From Laetmonice hystrix (lineage: Eukaryota): DNA of 64,000 nt. The notes below the pieces were generated by a model, which was given only the letters and a program-made list of their open reading frames with translations, had not been told where the DNA came from and searched no databases. Position 1 is the stretch's first letter, and each line of letters opens with the position of its first letter. Below are positions 50,784-61,410 of the stretch, in pieces. The stretch spans positions 14,322,001 through 14,386,000 of the forward strand of contig OZ249437.1 of NCBI GenBank assembly GCA_965235115.1. The letters run 5' to 3'. Both the position numbers and the translations under genes were made by a program.

Positions 50784-51153
50784 ACCATAACAATCACGTT
50801 ACGCTACCGATGGTTTCAGGAACATGGGCAGGGTAGTTAACATGGTACCGCACGTCATGGGCGGGGATGGTGCTACTGTGTCTGAATGATATGACATTTG
50901 GTGGGTGGGTGGGGGGGGGGGTGTTTGGGGTTTTACGCCTTGTAACAGCCGGGGACATGCTGGTGTGGTGTGAGGCGATGGTTCTAGGTGTCATGAGCCA
51001 ACACCTTAGAGAACTCGGCCCATGCCAAAAACAGGTGATCGGTCAGATTCTGGTTTGACACACTTCATTCAGTTACATTATAGTGAGAATGGTGACGAAC
51101 TTTGCTATTAATTACTCCAAAATTGGTCCTTATATAAGGAGAACTGCCGAGGG

Positions 51154-51400
51154 CTAAAGTAGAGCCTTCAATGATCGATGGCCTAGTTGATTGCTAAAGG
51201 ATAATATTTGCTCTTCAATGAACTGTGCAACTTCAAGAAGATCAGTGTTAGAACTCCTTCTGAAAAGTCTGTGTGATCGCAGATCACGATTAAGAGTTCG
51301 AATGCTCATCACCACACCATGCACTGCCACAAGAAAGTGCAGAATATCGGCATGAATTCGTCCCAAATGAAAATAAAAGCGACACAACTTTGAACGATCA
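51154..51400 (-). pseudogene. N-terminal helix-turn-helix fragment of an integrase-core (IS3EU-like) transposase
   Basis: CRFYFHLGRIHADILHFLVAVHGVVMSIRTLNRDLRSHRLFRR...LGHRSL fits the YFxxG...I..FL...HG...SxRTLxR pattern. No start codon, and it breaks off before any DDE core. Confidence 0.55.
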
Positions 51401-52315
51401 GTGCCATGATTACAAGATGATCTAGCCTGAGCTGTTCGACCTCTAGGAAAGCCAAGTCGTTGTAATTGGCTTCCGGAGTAGCTACGTGACGTTACGTCGT
51501 GACGTTTGTGAATTATGTAAACAGGAGCGGACTAGCATGACTTTATGCAACCATAGGCCATATGTAGACCCATGCAGGTCGTGCAGCAAAAATCGCTCCC
51601 CAATGCGATTTTTGCGACGTGCTGTGAGGGTTTCGGCCAATAGGATAGCAGCTTCTCTTCTTGGGTCCATAAGCTATAGTTGTTCAAGAACAGGGTTCAT
51701 ACACCTTTAGACTATTAGAATTCCAGGAAATTTTCAGGACATTTGATACATTTTCCAGGACCTTAATTTAATAAGAAAACTTCTTTATTTGCCGGTAAAT
51801 CTGATTTTATTAGATTCCGTCAGAAACATACCAGCATGAATGTCTAATGTCTGCGGCATTTTGGGGGCATTTTTAATTTTTTCATATTCCCCCTGCCCTT
51901 AGAACCCAATGCTTTTGAGATTATTTGAGAAATATTAGCAAGATGGCATCATTATAGTTATAACCTGGGATTATGGGATAAGGGATGTCATGTTTTGAAA
52001 CAAGAAGGCGGGTTCACTGAATCACTGTAGATCTTTACAAATTTACTTTGTCAGCTGGGAATATCCTGTGCTTGTGCTGCGTCTGTGAGCATGATCATAC
52101 AATGGTAATTTTACTGTAACGCGCTGTGTGTGCACAGGCCTTTATCGCAAACATAACCCATCTACATGGATCCAGGTCATGCTCATAGCTTTTTTAACAC
52201 TGTACACCCACTGCAGAATTCACATTTTAGAGGCTGTGACACACCTTTTAAACACTTCCTCTTTTGAGATTGGTACCATCGGTCGTGCCGATAGTTCAGT
52301 CAGACTGAGGCCATC

Positions 52316-53917
52316 ATGATGCTGCTAGGACGTAGTCTATGGTTCCTGGGTGTGCTCACTCTGGGGGTGTCCGCCGAGAAATGTCCGATATCGGCTCCAC
52401 CCGGATTCACGGAGGCAACGCTCATGCCTGACAGGGCGTACTTGTTCTATAAACGGGAAGGGGACACGATCAACATGATCCCGTGCTGTAAGACGACCGG
52501 TTGGTGTGGCATCGGCGTCTCTCCCGTCACCCATGACATGCGCAACTCGGACGGAGCAATAGCATGGCAGATTGGCGAGCGAGGCGAGGCCAAGGTATGG
52601 AGGCTACACCTGTCCGAGCAAACCTTTTCCCTCATGAGCAAACCTGGATCCGCCCCTGAAAGGCTCCAAGCTCCAAAGCTTTAGCCCACTTTCGGCAAAT
52701 GTAACTAAAAGGGCTGATAGGCCTGCGTGGGCCCAAATTCATAAAAGCTTGCCAAACATATAGTTTGTTGGTAAACACGCTTCCGAGTCCAGTTGATTGT
52801 TTGATGGTATTCGCGAAATAACTGTGGCAAGGTTCTAAGTCGCTTATTAAATTTAGAGTGGATCAGGGGTATCTCTAAGATACTGATTCTTAGATCTTTT
52901 AAGAACCGTTAAATTGACGGAAATGAGAATGCCATCACACAGCGCGTGACGAGGCTAGTGACCAGCATGAGGTGGTGCCAGGCTGTTGTGGCTGTTTATG
53001 GTTCCTCCACCCGGTATACTGAAGCTCCAGGCTGTTGCTTTTTTTCAGTGAATCAAGTGTTCAATTAAAAAAGCAGGAAATTGAGATCGAGACCGTTTCT
53101 TTTCCCCCTTTTCAGAGTGTGTACGTAGAAGATACCCGTGTGAAGCCCCAGTTATCATCGGACACTGTATGGAATCTTCACCAGTTTGACGCCAAGGACG
53201 GCTGGGTCCGACCCTGGTATAAAAGACCCATGGAAGCACCGGCTTCAGTCTCCACTGCCAAGTCTTTCAAGGTGCGTAACATTGTCATTTAATTACTTAT
53301 CACGAGGGTCACAATGTGAGATTAATTAGCTAATATTCTTAAACAGAGTGAATGATACAAGTAGAAGTCTATAGTGGCGGCACCAGGATTTCCAAACTGG
53401 GGGCAAATATGGAGGGCGAACAAACGGGGCAGAAACATTTTGCAAGTGCACAAAAGCGTTTTTTTACTGAAGCCGACCGAGGGAGACGTGGAGCAAGCGT
53501 AATGACTAGGGGAGGGGGTATGCCCCCATGCATGCCACCCCCGTGGTGCAGCCACTTTTAGGCATAGGCCTAATCAAAATACATGTATATCGTAGCCTAT
53601 CTCCCGCAAGTCAGTACATGGCGCCCTTGCCACTTCACCAAGAGACTACAGTGGCCCCCCTCATAAGCGACCACCCCTGCTGCAGAGAGAAAGTGGTCGC
53701 TAGTGGCGGGTGGTCGCCTAAACGAGGGGTCGTTAAGTACACATGGTTACCACCAGGTGGCTACATGTCAGATAACTACACACAGTTAACACTAGGTGGC
53801 GACTTCCCAGTTAGAGGGAGGGGACAAAGAGGGAGGCACGTGTGGAGTTATTCTTGCCAAATAACCCCAGATGACAAAATGACACAGTTTCAGTTCAGAG
53901 AGACAAAAAATATTTAA
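52316..53917 (+). CDS. Small secreted stand-alone DOMON-domain protein (exons 1-2 solid, exon 3 tentative)
   Basis: Exon 52316-52594: signal peptide MMLLGRSLWFLGVLTLGVSA, TGWCGIGVSP..HDMRNSDGAIAW, aag|gtatgg. Exon 53116-53271: VYVEDT...DTVWNLHQFDAKDGWVRPWYKRPM, aag|gtgcgt. Possible last exon 53786-53917 in phase 0 with a weak acceptor. Confidence 0.7.
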
Positions 53918-54556
53918 TTTTATTTAAGGAAAGACTCTAGTCTTGTCTGTTTCATTTCATTTACGGCTTTTCTAGACTCTTTTTTTAGCAAGTCTTGCAG
54001 TTTGTAAACGCAGTCCAGCATCTGTGTAGGTCTGCTGTTTCAGAGCAAAGTCTACAATTTGCACTGCATTCTGCCACGCTTTTTTAGGGGTTTCAATAGG
54101 CATGGTAGTAGGAGGGGGGCAAAACTGTTAGCTTAATGTGTGATGGAAGCCTGGCGGGGAAGGTGAGAGACTGGGCCTAGCAGCCGTGGTGGGGCCGGGC
54201 AGGCAAGGTGGTCGGGCCGGGCAGGCAATGTGAGACACGTGGCCATTGTGGGATGGAAGTGGCTGGGTGGGTGGGGGTTTGGGGTGTTGGTGTTGGGTCG
54301 GCAGGATGCCAGGCAGGCCGGCATGGGGAGACAACAGTGTTATGACTAGCCACGGCTGGCTGATTCTCAAAGGCTGGTCGCTGATAAGGGGTGACCAGTG
54401 GAGTTGGTGCAGGGATATGCCGGTCGCTGGTCGTTAGTGCCGGGTGGTCGCTTATAAGGGTGGAATTATAGTGTGAAGTGGTTAATGCAATGAAAATGCG
54501 GTCGCTAGAGGCGGGTGGTCGCTTATAAGGGGTGGTCTTTAACAGGGGGACCACTG
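53649..54556. mobile_element. TA-flanked cagtgg(c/t)cccc termini (Tc1/mariner-type MITE ends); one element or two fragments
   Basis: ta|cagtggcccccc...aagcgaccaccc at 53649 and its inverse ggtggtcgctt...ggggaccactg|ta ending at 54556. Confidence 0.55.
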
Positions 54557-54904
54557 TATATGGCTCTATAGGTTTCATGACAAGCGAAGGTATAGCATAT
54601 ATTCTGTCTGACAGGTCGGATCCAACACGATAATCTGGTCTTTTAAAAATGGGCCTCTCATGACGTACGCCAACGTCATAATGCACGACGTTCAGGGTAT
54701 AACAAGCATACGGATACACACAGACACGGGCAGTGTAAGTTACATCTCTTGTCGTTTTCGCAAAGGAATTCCATAGTCTAATCCAGGCGCGGGTGCAGCA
54801 TTTCTTCGCGGGGGGTGGGGGTGGGGGTGGGGGTGGGGGGGGGGGGGTCAACGGTCTACGGGAACGCGCCAATATCAACCTATAAAAAATTGGGGGATCT
54901 TGAG

Positions 54905-55495
54905 CAGGTTATTTCTCCATGACAACTTCGCCCCAAAATTTTTGGGCAGGGGTTCAAGTTAAGGTCAGAGATAGGGGTAGGGATAGGATAAGGATAATGT
55001 TTTTTGGGAGGTGTAGGGACCGGAGTTAGGGGTTAGGGATAAGGTCAGGGCTATGCAGGGGTGGAAATTGGGGGAAATCACCTACTAGCCAGCAGGGCTA
55101 GATAAGTAGAAATTCAACTAGCCCTGCTGTAAATGAACTAGCCAGCAGGGCGAGTTCAGGTGAAGGGTTACTCGCCCTCCACGTGACCACTGCCCAGCCA
55201 TTCAACCCACAGAAATCTGTACAGTCGAAGGTGCTGCCTTGTGGCTCTAGAAGGTCTGGAATTGGGCAACTGGAGAACTTAACATTCTAAGTTCTCTGCC
55301 CGGTAGTATCATGACGACTGCCATTGGGGGGGGGGGGCAGACAAATCGCCAGCAGGGCGACATGAATGGTCAGACAAGGTCGCCCAACAGAGGTTTGACT
55401 CGCCACGGGCGAGCGGGCGAGCGTTAATTTCCACCCCTGCTATGTATCTGTACTTTCGACCAAATTTGGTAGGGTTTAAGTGATCACGGGCGATG
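54905..55495 (+). repeat. Dispersed repeat family copy 3, interrupted by the MITE at 55055-55439
   Basis: Alignment to copy 2 stops at ctatg (55054) and resumes at 55440. Confidence 0.75.
55055..55439. mobile_element. MITE with CAG...CTG termini and a perfect 5-bp TSD
   Basis: ctatg|caggggtggaaatt ... aatttccacccctg|ctatg. The uninterrupted state is visible in copy 2 of the host repeat. Confidence 0.88.
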
Positions 55496-56144
55496 TAGAC
55501 TAGGCCTACCCTTGAGCAGTGGGGGGGGGGGGGGGGGGGGGTCCGACCCCCGAACCCTGCAATCATCACCGTAATGAACGAGTTGTGTCGTCTAATATTT
55601 TTGCTCTGTGGTATTCGTTGTCGTTTGTTGAGGCAATTTTTTCTCTCGTTTTTTAGGTTGGCGTGGCGTGGCTAAGCAATACCGCAATGCTCGTCTTCGC
55701 GCTAATGGTGTCAAGTGTAGTGACGTCATATTGTCTGTAGTCAGTAAGCCTATTGAACTACACGTCGACACGGTGAATAAAGTTTGAATACATTTTGTAA
55801 CTCACTAGCGTTCTGTTTTATTGGTAGAGTTTCTAACAGTTCATGATCCTTTTTATTTCCTACAATGTGAATGAACCCATAAAGACATAGGTAACTCACA
55901 AAAAGTCCGTAAATTTGTCGCACTTCAAGTTGTCAGATAGACCTACTCCAAGAAACTCGGAGAGGTAGAGCGCTACGAGTAGCCTAAAGTAGAGTAAAAC
56001 TCGGTATGGGCCTATCATGGCGACCTTGAATTGGATATGCCGGTTCACTCACTGCCTCGCTACACAGGTGTGGCCTGGTCCCCAGCTCTATATTGACTTC
56101 GTATATAGAGCATGGTGAAGGCCAATCGAAGCAAGCGTTTTGTA

Positions 56145-56430
56145 CGGTGGCCCAGAAGTACAAAATCGTCTACTCGTCGACCAGATTCCTCCACTCGTCG
56201 ACTAGATTCCTCCACTCGTCGGCCTCAATCCTCTACTCGTCGACCACTCAATCGTCTACTCGTCGACCAGATTCCTTCACTCGTCAACCTCATTCCTCTA
56301 CTCGTCGACCAGATTCCTCCACTCGACGGTCGCACATTCCTTCACTCGTCGGCCTCAATCCTTCACTCGTCGGCCAGATTCCTCGACTCGACGGTCGCAA
56401 ATTTCTTGACTTCACGGCCAGATTCTTCTA
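56145..56430 (+). repeat. ta|cggtggcc terminus followed by a degenerate array of about 23-bp units
   Basis: actcgtcg(a/g)ccagattcct units. Same terminal octamer as 61224 and 61411; no clear opposite end. Confidence 0.7.
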
Positions 56431-56865
56431 CTCCACTCATCTATGGGTTCAGGAAGTAGCTGCTGACATCTGACGGTCAACTACAGGTGGCGCTGCGATC
56501 GGGAGTGGAACTCCCATTGAATTGTAAAAAGATCGTCTTGCCACCGGGTTGTGTTTGTTTTTTTCATTAACCACAGGAGAACAATGGCCTTTGACCTAAT
56601 TTAGGTTTCTAAGAAGAATATACACCAAACGACCATAGGAGGTAGAAGTATTTTCCATTAGGCCTACTTTCTGCAGATTATCGTGTTTAACCATCCCTTG
56701 AACAACAGCGTTACTAAACTGGGGGTCCGTAGATAGAAACTGCTAGCATGCAATCGGTATAACTAGTTTTGGCATAAGCGTCTCGGAATCTATGCATGAC
56801 ACCTTGTTCAAAGTGTTGTCTCGCTGCGCATAGTTTGGAGTTGTACGCTTCTATCATTGGTGACC

Positions 56866-58149
56866 ATGGCTTGGTCGTGTCAAAGTCTACTTTCGCTCTG
56901 CTTGGTCGTGCTGACTGGATGTACCATAATCTTCAATTTAAAGAGCCTTCAGTTTTCACGTCTAAATGAAAAGTTTTGGATGAAACCTGTGAACAGGTCG
57001 ATGGACTTTGAATACAAGCGTCAGCTAGAAGGCAGGTGGTATCCGTCCAATAACCGAAGATTTGTATTTTTCACGGCGTATTATGACGAAAGAATACAGT
57101 CAGTGCGTCCCTTTATACGGGTTCTTGGGATAGGAACAAGAGAGAACACCACGTTTCACTGCTTACTGCAGTGGGGAAACACTAGGATGTGTACAGGAGA
57201 AGCTACGAAACAAGCCATAGACCTATATGATGCAGGCACCAAACCATTGATAGCACTTTTCTTCTTGTGTAATGTCCCAATGGACGCGGTCCCAGAATAC
57301 GTTCATTTGGCACATTCCAGCGCTCAATGTCATCAGATGGCGGAGAACCTGACAACACCACTTACTTCGATCAGAGTTATAACGGTAGAAATGATGCGCC
57401 ATTGGCCAGGTCGGTCTGAATTTACAGTTTGTGTGTCACCTGTGCGTATCTCCAATCCAATCCCTGTGATAAGAATGATTGAATCCAACATTTTCTTTGG
57501 GGCGGACCGATTTACTTTATACAATCACAGCATTTCTGCTCGTCTGGACCGTCTGTTAGCCATGTACGTAGCAGAGGGAAAGATAGAAGTTGTTCAGTGG
57601 AAGAGTAAGAAATATATAACCGAGCACCATGTCCATTATTATGGACAAACATTGGCAATAAACGATTGTATTTACCGCCACCTTGGAAGGTCGGCTTATG
57701 TCGTCATCACCGACCTGGACGAAGTCATTGTACCACGGAGTCGAGCAACTTGGCAGGAAATGATGGCTTCACTCAGAACGCCTGTTGCTGGAAGTTACTC
57801 GTTTAGGCACGTGCGCTTCAAACACAACTCTAAAAAGGAAAATAGTCTGGATTATTTCGATGCAGATGTTCGTACTAAGAATACTCTCCGGTGGTCAGTT
57901 AGGTCGAAATTGATTATAGATCCAGAAAGGATCCAATCAGTCGGAGTTCATATTGCTTTCCTTATGGTGCCTGGATACAAACCCTTCCTCGTTCAGCCAG
58001 AGGACGGTCTGCTACACCATTACCGCAATGGGATCGGCGGTAACAAAGGTTATGTTCGGGAGATTTATCTTAAACAATTTAGACCGGATTTTAAAAAGCA
58101 GTTAGCCAACCGCATGAGAAAACTACATAATGCTGCAATAAACATTTAA
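56866..58149 (+). CDS. Glycosyltransferase family 92 (galt-1-like) type II membrane protein, intronless, 427 aa
   Basis: N-terminal TM anchor, FTAYYD, FTVCVSP, GADRFTLY, HYYGQTLAINDCIYR, DLDEVIVP (DxD) and LLHHYR motifs in one uninterrupted ORF. Confidence 0.92.
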   Translation: MAWSCQSLLSLCLVVLTGCTIIFNLKSLQFSRLNEKFWMKPVNRSMDFEYKRQLEGRWYPSNNRRFVFFTAYYDERIQSVRPFIRVLGIGTRENTTFHCLLQWGNTRMCTGEATKQAIDLYDAGTKPLIALFFLCNVPMDAVPEYVHLAHSSAQCHQMAENLTTPLTSIRVITVEMMRHWPGRSEFTVCVSPVRISNPIPVIRMIESNIFFGADRFTLYNHSISARLDRLLAMYVAEGKIEVVQWKSKKYITEHHVHYYGQTLAINDCIYRHLGRSAYVVITDLDEVIVPRSRATWQEMMASLRTPVAGSYSFRHVRFKHNSKKENSLDYFDADVRTKNTLRWSVRSKLIIDPERIQSVGVHIAFLMVPGYKPFLVQPEDGLLHHYRNGIGGNKGYVREIYLKQFRPDFKKQLANRMRKLHNAAINI

Positions 58150-58405
58150 TATATGTATACACTCTATACAGTGTACGGTTAAAATAACCCAACTCTTAAT
58201 AACATAATGTACACTCTATACAGTGTACGGTTAAAATAACCCAACTCTTAATAATATATGTACACTCTATACAGTGTACGGTTAAAATAACCCAACTCTT
58301 AATAATATATGTACACTCTATACAGTGTAGTTAAAATAACCCAACTCTTAATAATATATGTACACTCTATACAGTGTAGTTAAAATAACCCAACTCTTAA
58401 TAATA
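58147..58405. repeat. 49-51-bp tandem repeat, about 5 copies, starting at the GT92 stop codon
   Basis: Unit tacactctatacagtgtacggttaaaataacccaactcttaataatatatg. Inverted gttgggtt motifs follow at about 58430-58500. Confidence 0.92.
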
Positions 58406-60066
58406 TAATCCAACAATGTCGTAACCGAGAAGTTGGGTTAAAGGCATATAGTCGAATGTTGGGTTGACTTTAACCAAACCAACATGATGGGTTAACTGGG
58501 TGTTCGCTTCGCTTGCAGTTTACACACTATTTCTATATTATATCTGCATTTTTGTCTTTACCCAGGGGGGGGGGGGACTGAGACAAGGGGGGGGGGGATC
58601 TAACCATAATATTAATCCTTCATTTATTCAGTTATTTAATTATCTATTAATTTGAGGGGGGGGGGGGGAGGTTCCAGGCAACCCCTGTTTACCCCTGCGT
58701 CAACCTCTGGCTACAAACCTTAAATACAAAATGAACGCTAGGATGGGAGATGGGTCGAACATCGTGCAGCCCAATGGATATTCCATAGAGACCACAACAT
58801 TCTTCAAAACGGCCCATCTATAATCAATGACCTTGCTTGAATTAAAATTAGGAGCAGGTTAATCGGGATGAATCATCTGATGGAATAGTATTAGTATGCT
58901 AATCTTGATCCCAACTTGGAAAAGTTTATGCCCAGGCACATACAGTTTGTAGGCTTACGCGTATCCGGTAGGGGCGGAGCCTACTTAAAGGAGTCATGTC
59001 AACCTGCTTGGTTTAATATACGTATGTATTGTAAACAGACAGCGGCGAAATGCATTGTCACTTTCACATTCCAGGGGTGCGTTTCTGTAAGGAAAGATGT
59101 CTTTGCGCAAAGAGTCTTTCAAAAGAGTCTTTTCGTAACCATGTATTAAAGAATAGAGTGTTATAATTCGTCCCTGTTACATTAGGGTAACATTTAAGGC
59201 TAGCCAAGCTGGTTAGCCACGTTGAGCATATGCCATACAACTTCTATGAAGCTGTACTAAGCATATCCCGTAACCAACCAACCTGGATCCTTCATTAAAT
59301 AAATATATTGGGCGCCACCTGGGGTAACGGCCCCAGGTCCGTAATTTAGAGAGAAAAGATGAAGTCCAACTCAGCTGTGAAGTTGAAGGAAGCTTGCTGT
59401 GCTAGGCATCAGTCAAGTACCACAGGGGATTTCAGTTTTATTGCAGAAATCATGGCACTTATATATGAAATGGCCGAACAATGTTGTTGTTGAAGCACAC
59501 AATTGTTGGCGTTTGCTAAAATTCCAATGCAGTTTAACTGTACACTAATGTTGGGGTGAACCCGGTTCATATTGTCAGTTATAGCTAAACAGTTGATACT
59601 TCTCTCCAAACATTACACGCTATCTATCAACTATCTGCTCTTATCTATCCACACTGCCCGCTATCTAACAACATGTCTTGTTCTTCCATCCTGATCATCT
59701 CGCTATCTAACAACATCTATTGTTCTTCCATCCTGATCATCTCACTATCTAACAACATCTATTGTTCTTCCATGTTATCATCTAAACATCCAGCTTGTTC
59801 AGGGATGTCCTACATTATATTCAACATTTATTTAACATGTTCCTTTATTATAACTTATATAATATATGAATGCTGAGAGCATTTTACTGAATATAAATTC
59901 ATTCTTTATTACATTATTAATTCTTTGTATTATCCCTGTCTGTTATGTCATTACCTGCTGATATTAATTATATCACTATTATACTACGTTATATACTTTA
60001 TTGCTGATACTGCGTCATGTCTATATTTAGTTACACGCATCAACTCGGTAGTGCCTCATGCCTGGC

Positions 60067-60935
60067 ACATTCCTTCTCCACATTCCTTCGGATACGTCTA
60101 CTACGTAGTTTCTATTAATCATACGCAGTTATTATATTTGAATGCTTACTCATCATGCTGATTCATCATGTGGTACAGTTATGCTACCACGCAGTTAGAT
60201 AACATATTTGATAATATATGACATAGTTACTGTATGGGTAATGTATTATATGACCATAATCACGGTACATAAAGAATATATAGACTAAACATAATATAGA
60301 ATTTCATGCACATTATACTCAGATCCTAACAAAAGGTACAATGCGGTGCATCAAACAGGAGTCAAATTGGACACCTGGCAGCTGCATGATATTTGACCTA
60401 ATTCCGGCATTGCGCTTTTAGACAATGATTTTTCTTTTTAGAGCCACGGGAATAATATCAAAGCTATTGAGCTGAAACTTTAACATACAAGGGATAATAC
60501 CATGAAGTTATAATAAGAGAAATTTTATTGAATTATAAAGCATAGTTCTTGAAATATTAAAATTTGAAGTTCGGGGCGTTTTTTTTATCCAACAATGTTG
60601 TTCTTGAAGCACATAATTGTTGGCGTTTGCTAAAAAATCATCTCTATATTTAATTACACCCACCAACTGGCTAGTGCCCCAAGCCTGGTACTACATTCCT
60701 TCTGTCACGTCCACTACGTAGTTTCTATTAATCGTTCTTGCTCATCAGTGTCAACCCAATACGCAGTTATTATACATGTATTTCAATGCTTACTCATCAT
60801 GCTGATTCATCATGTGGTACAGTTATACAACCATGCAGTTAGATAATATATTTGATAATATATGACATAGTCACTGTATGGGTAATGTATTATATGGCCA
60901 AAATCACGGTATATAGACTAAACATTATGCACATT
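60067..60935. repeat. Diverged direct duplication (about 60067-60310 and 60695-60935; also about 59479-59520 and 60592-60634)
   Basis: Shared blocks ctacgtagtttctattaatc, tgcttactcatcatgctgattcatcatgtggtacagttat, atatttgataatatatgacatag. Confidence 0.85.
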
Positions 60936-60941
60936 ATGTTT

Positions 60942-61031
60942 TTGATAGCTACCTGGTCAGCTCAGGGCCTGGAGCGCTATATTCAGTCGAGCGAAGCCCT
61001 GCAGGCCCTGAGCTGACCAGGTAGCTATCAA
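60942..61031. mobile_element. 90-bp hairpin element with 30-bp perfect arms
   Basis: ttgatagctacctggtcagctcagggcctg ... caggccctgagctgaccaggtagctatcaa. Confidence 0.7.
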
Positions 61032-61410
61032 GCATACATGCCAAGGGTCCCCAACTGATAAATGCGCAGTTGATATATATGGGTTGATATATGATGTATA
61101 GGGCAGTGGTGGTCAGTCCTGGTGGCCAGTTTGTGGTGGTGCTGCGTCGACCGCTTTTAGTGAACCATGACGATCAGTCGATCATGTGATTCTGTCGGTC
61201 CATGCTCTGCCTATGACTGTACGGTGGCCCAGAACTAGGGGGTCTGGGGCCCTCCCCAGAATTTTTTTCAGGAACGTCAAAAACATGTTTTCTGAACCTC
61301 TTACCGCTTAGGCCTACGGCACACGATCATACGATTATGTGATTCGGTCTATTCTACGACGTTTGGTATAAATTGACCTTAACGGACACATCCACAGTGG
61401 CCCTATCATA

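Noticed and set aside
54177-54878. 233-aa minus-strand ORF with poly-Pro
   Set aside because: Made of a (GGGGGT)n run and MITE sequence.
55716-55838. Possible short solo LTR (TG...AATAAA...CA)
   Set aside because: Flanks (tcaag / gttca) are not a TSD, and no PBS, PPT or second copy is in the window.
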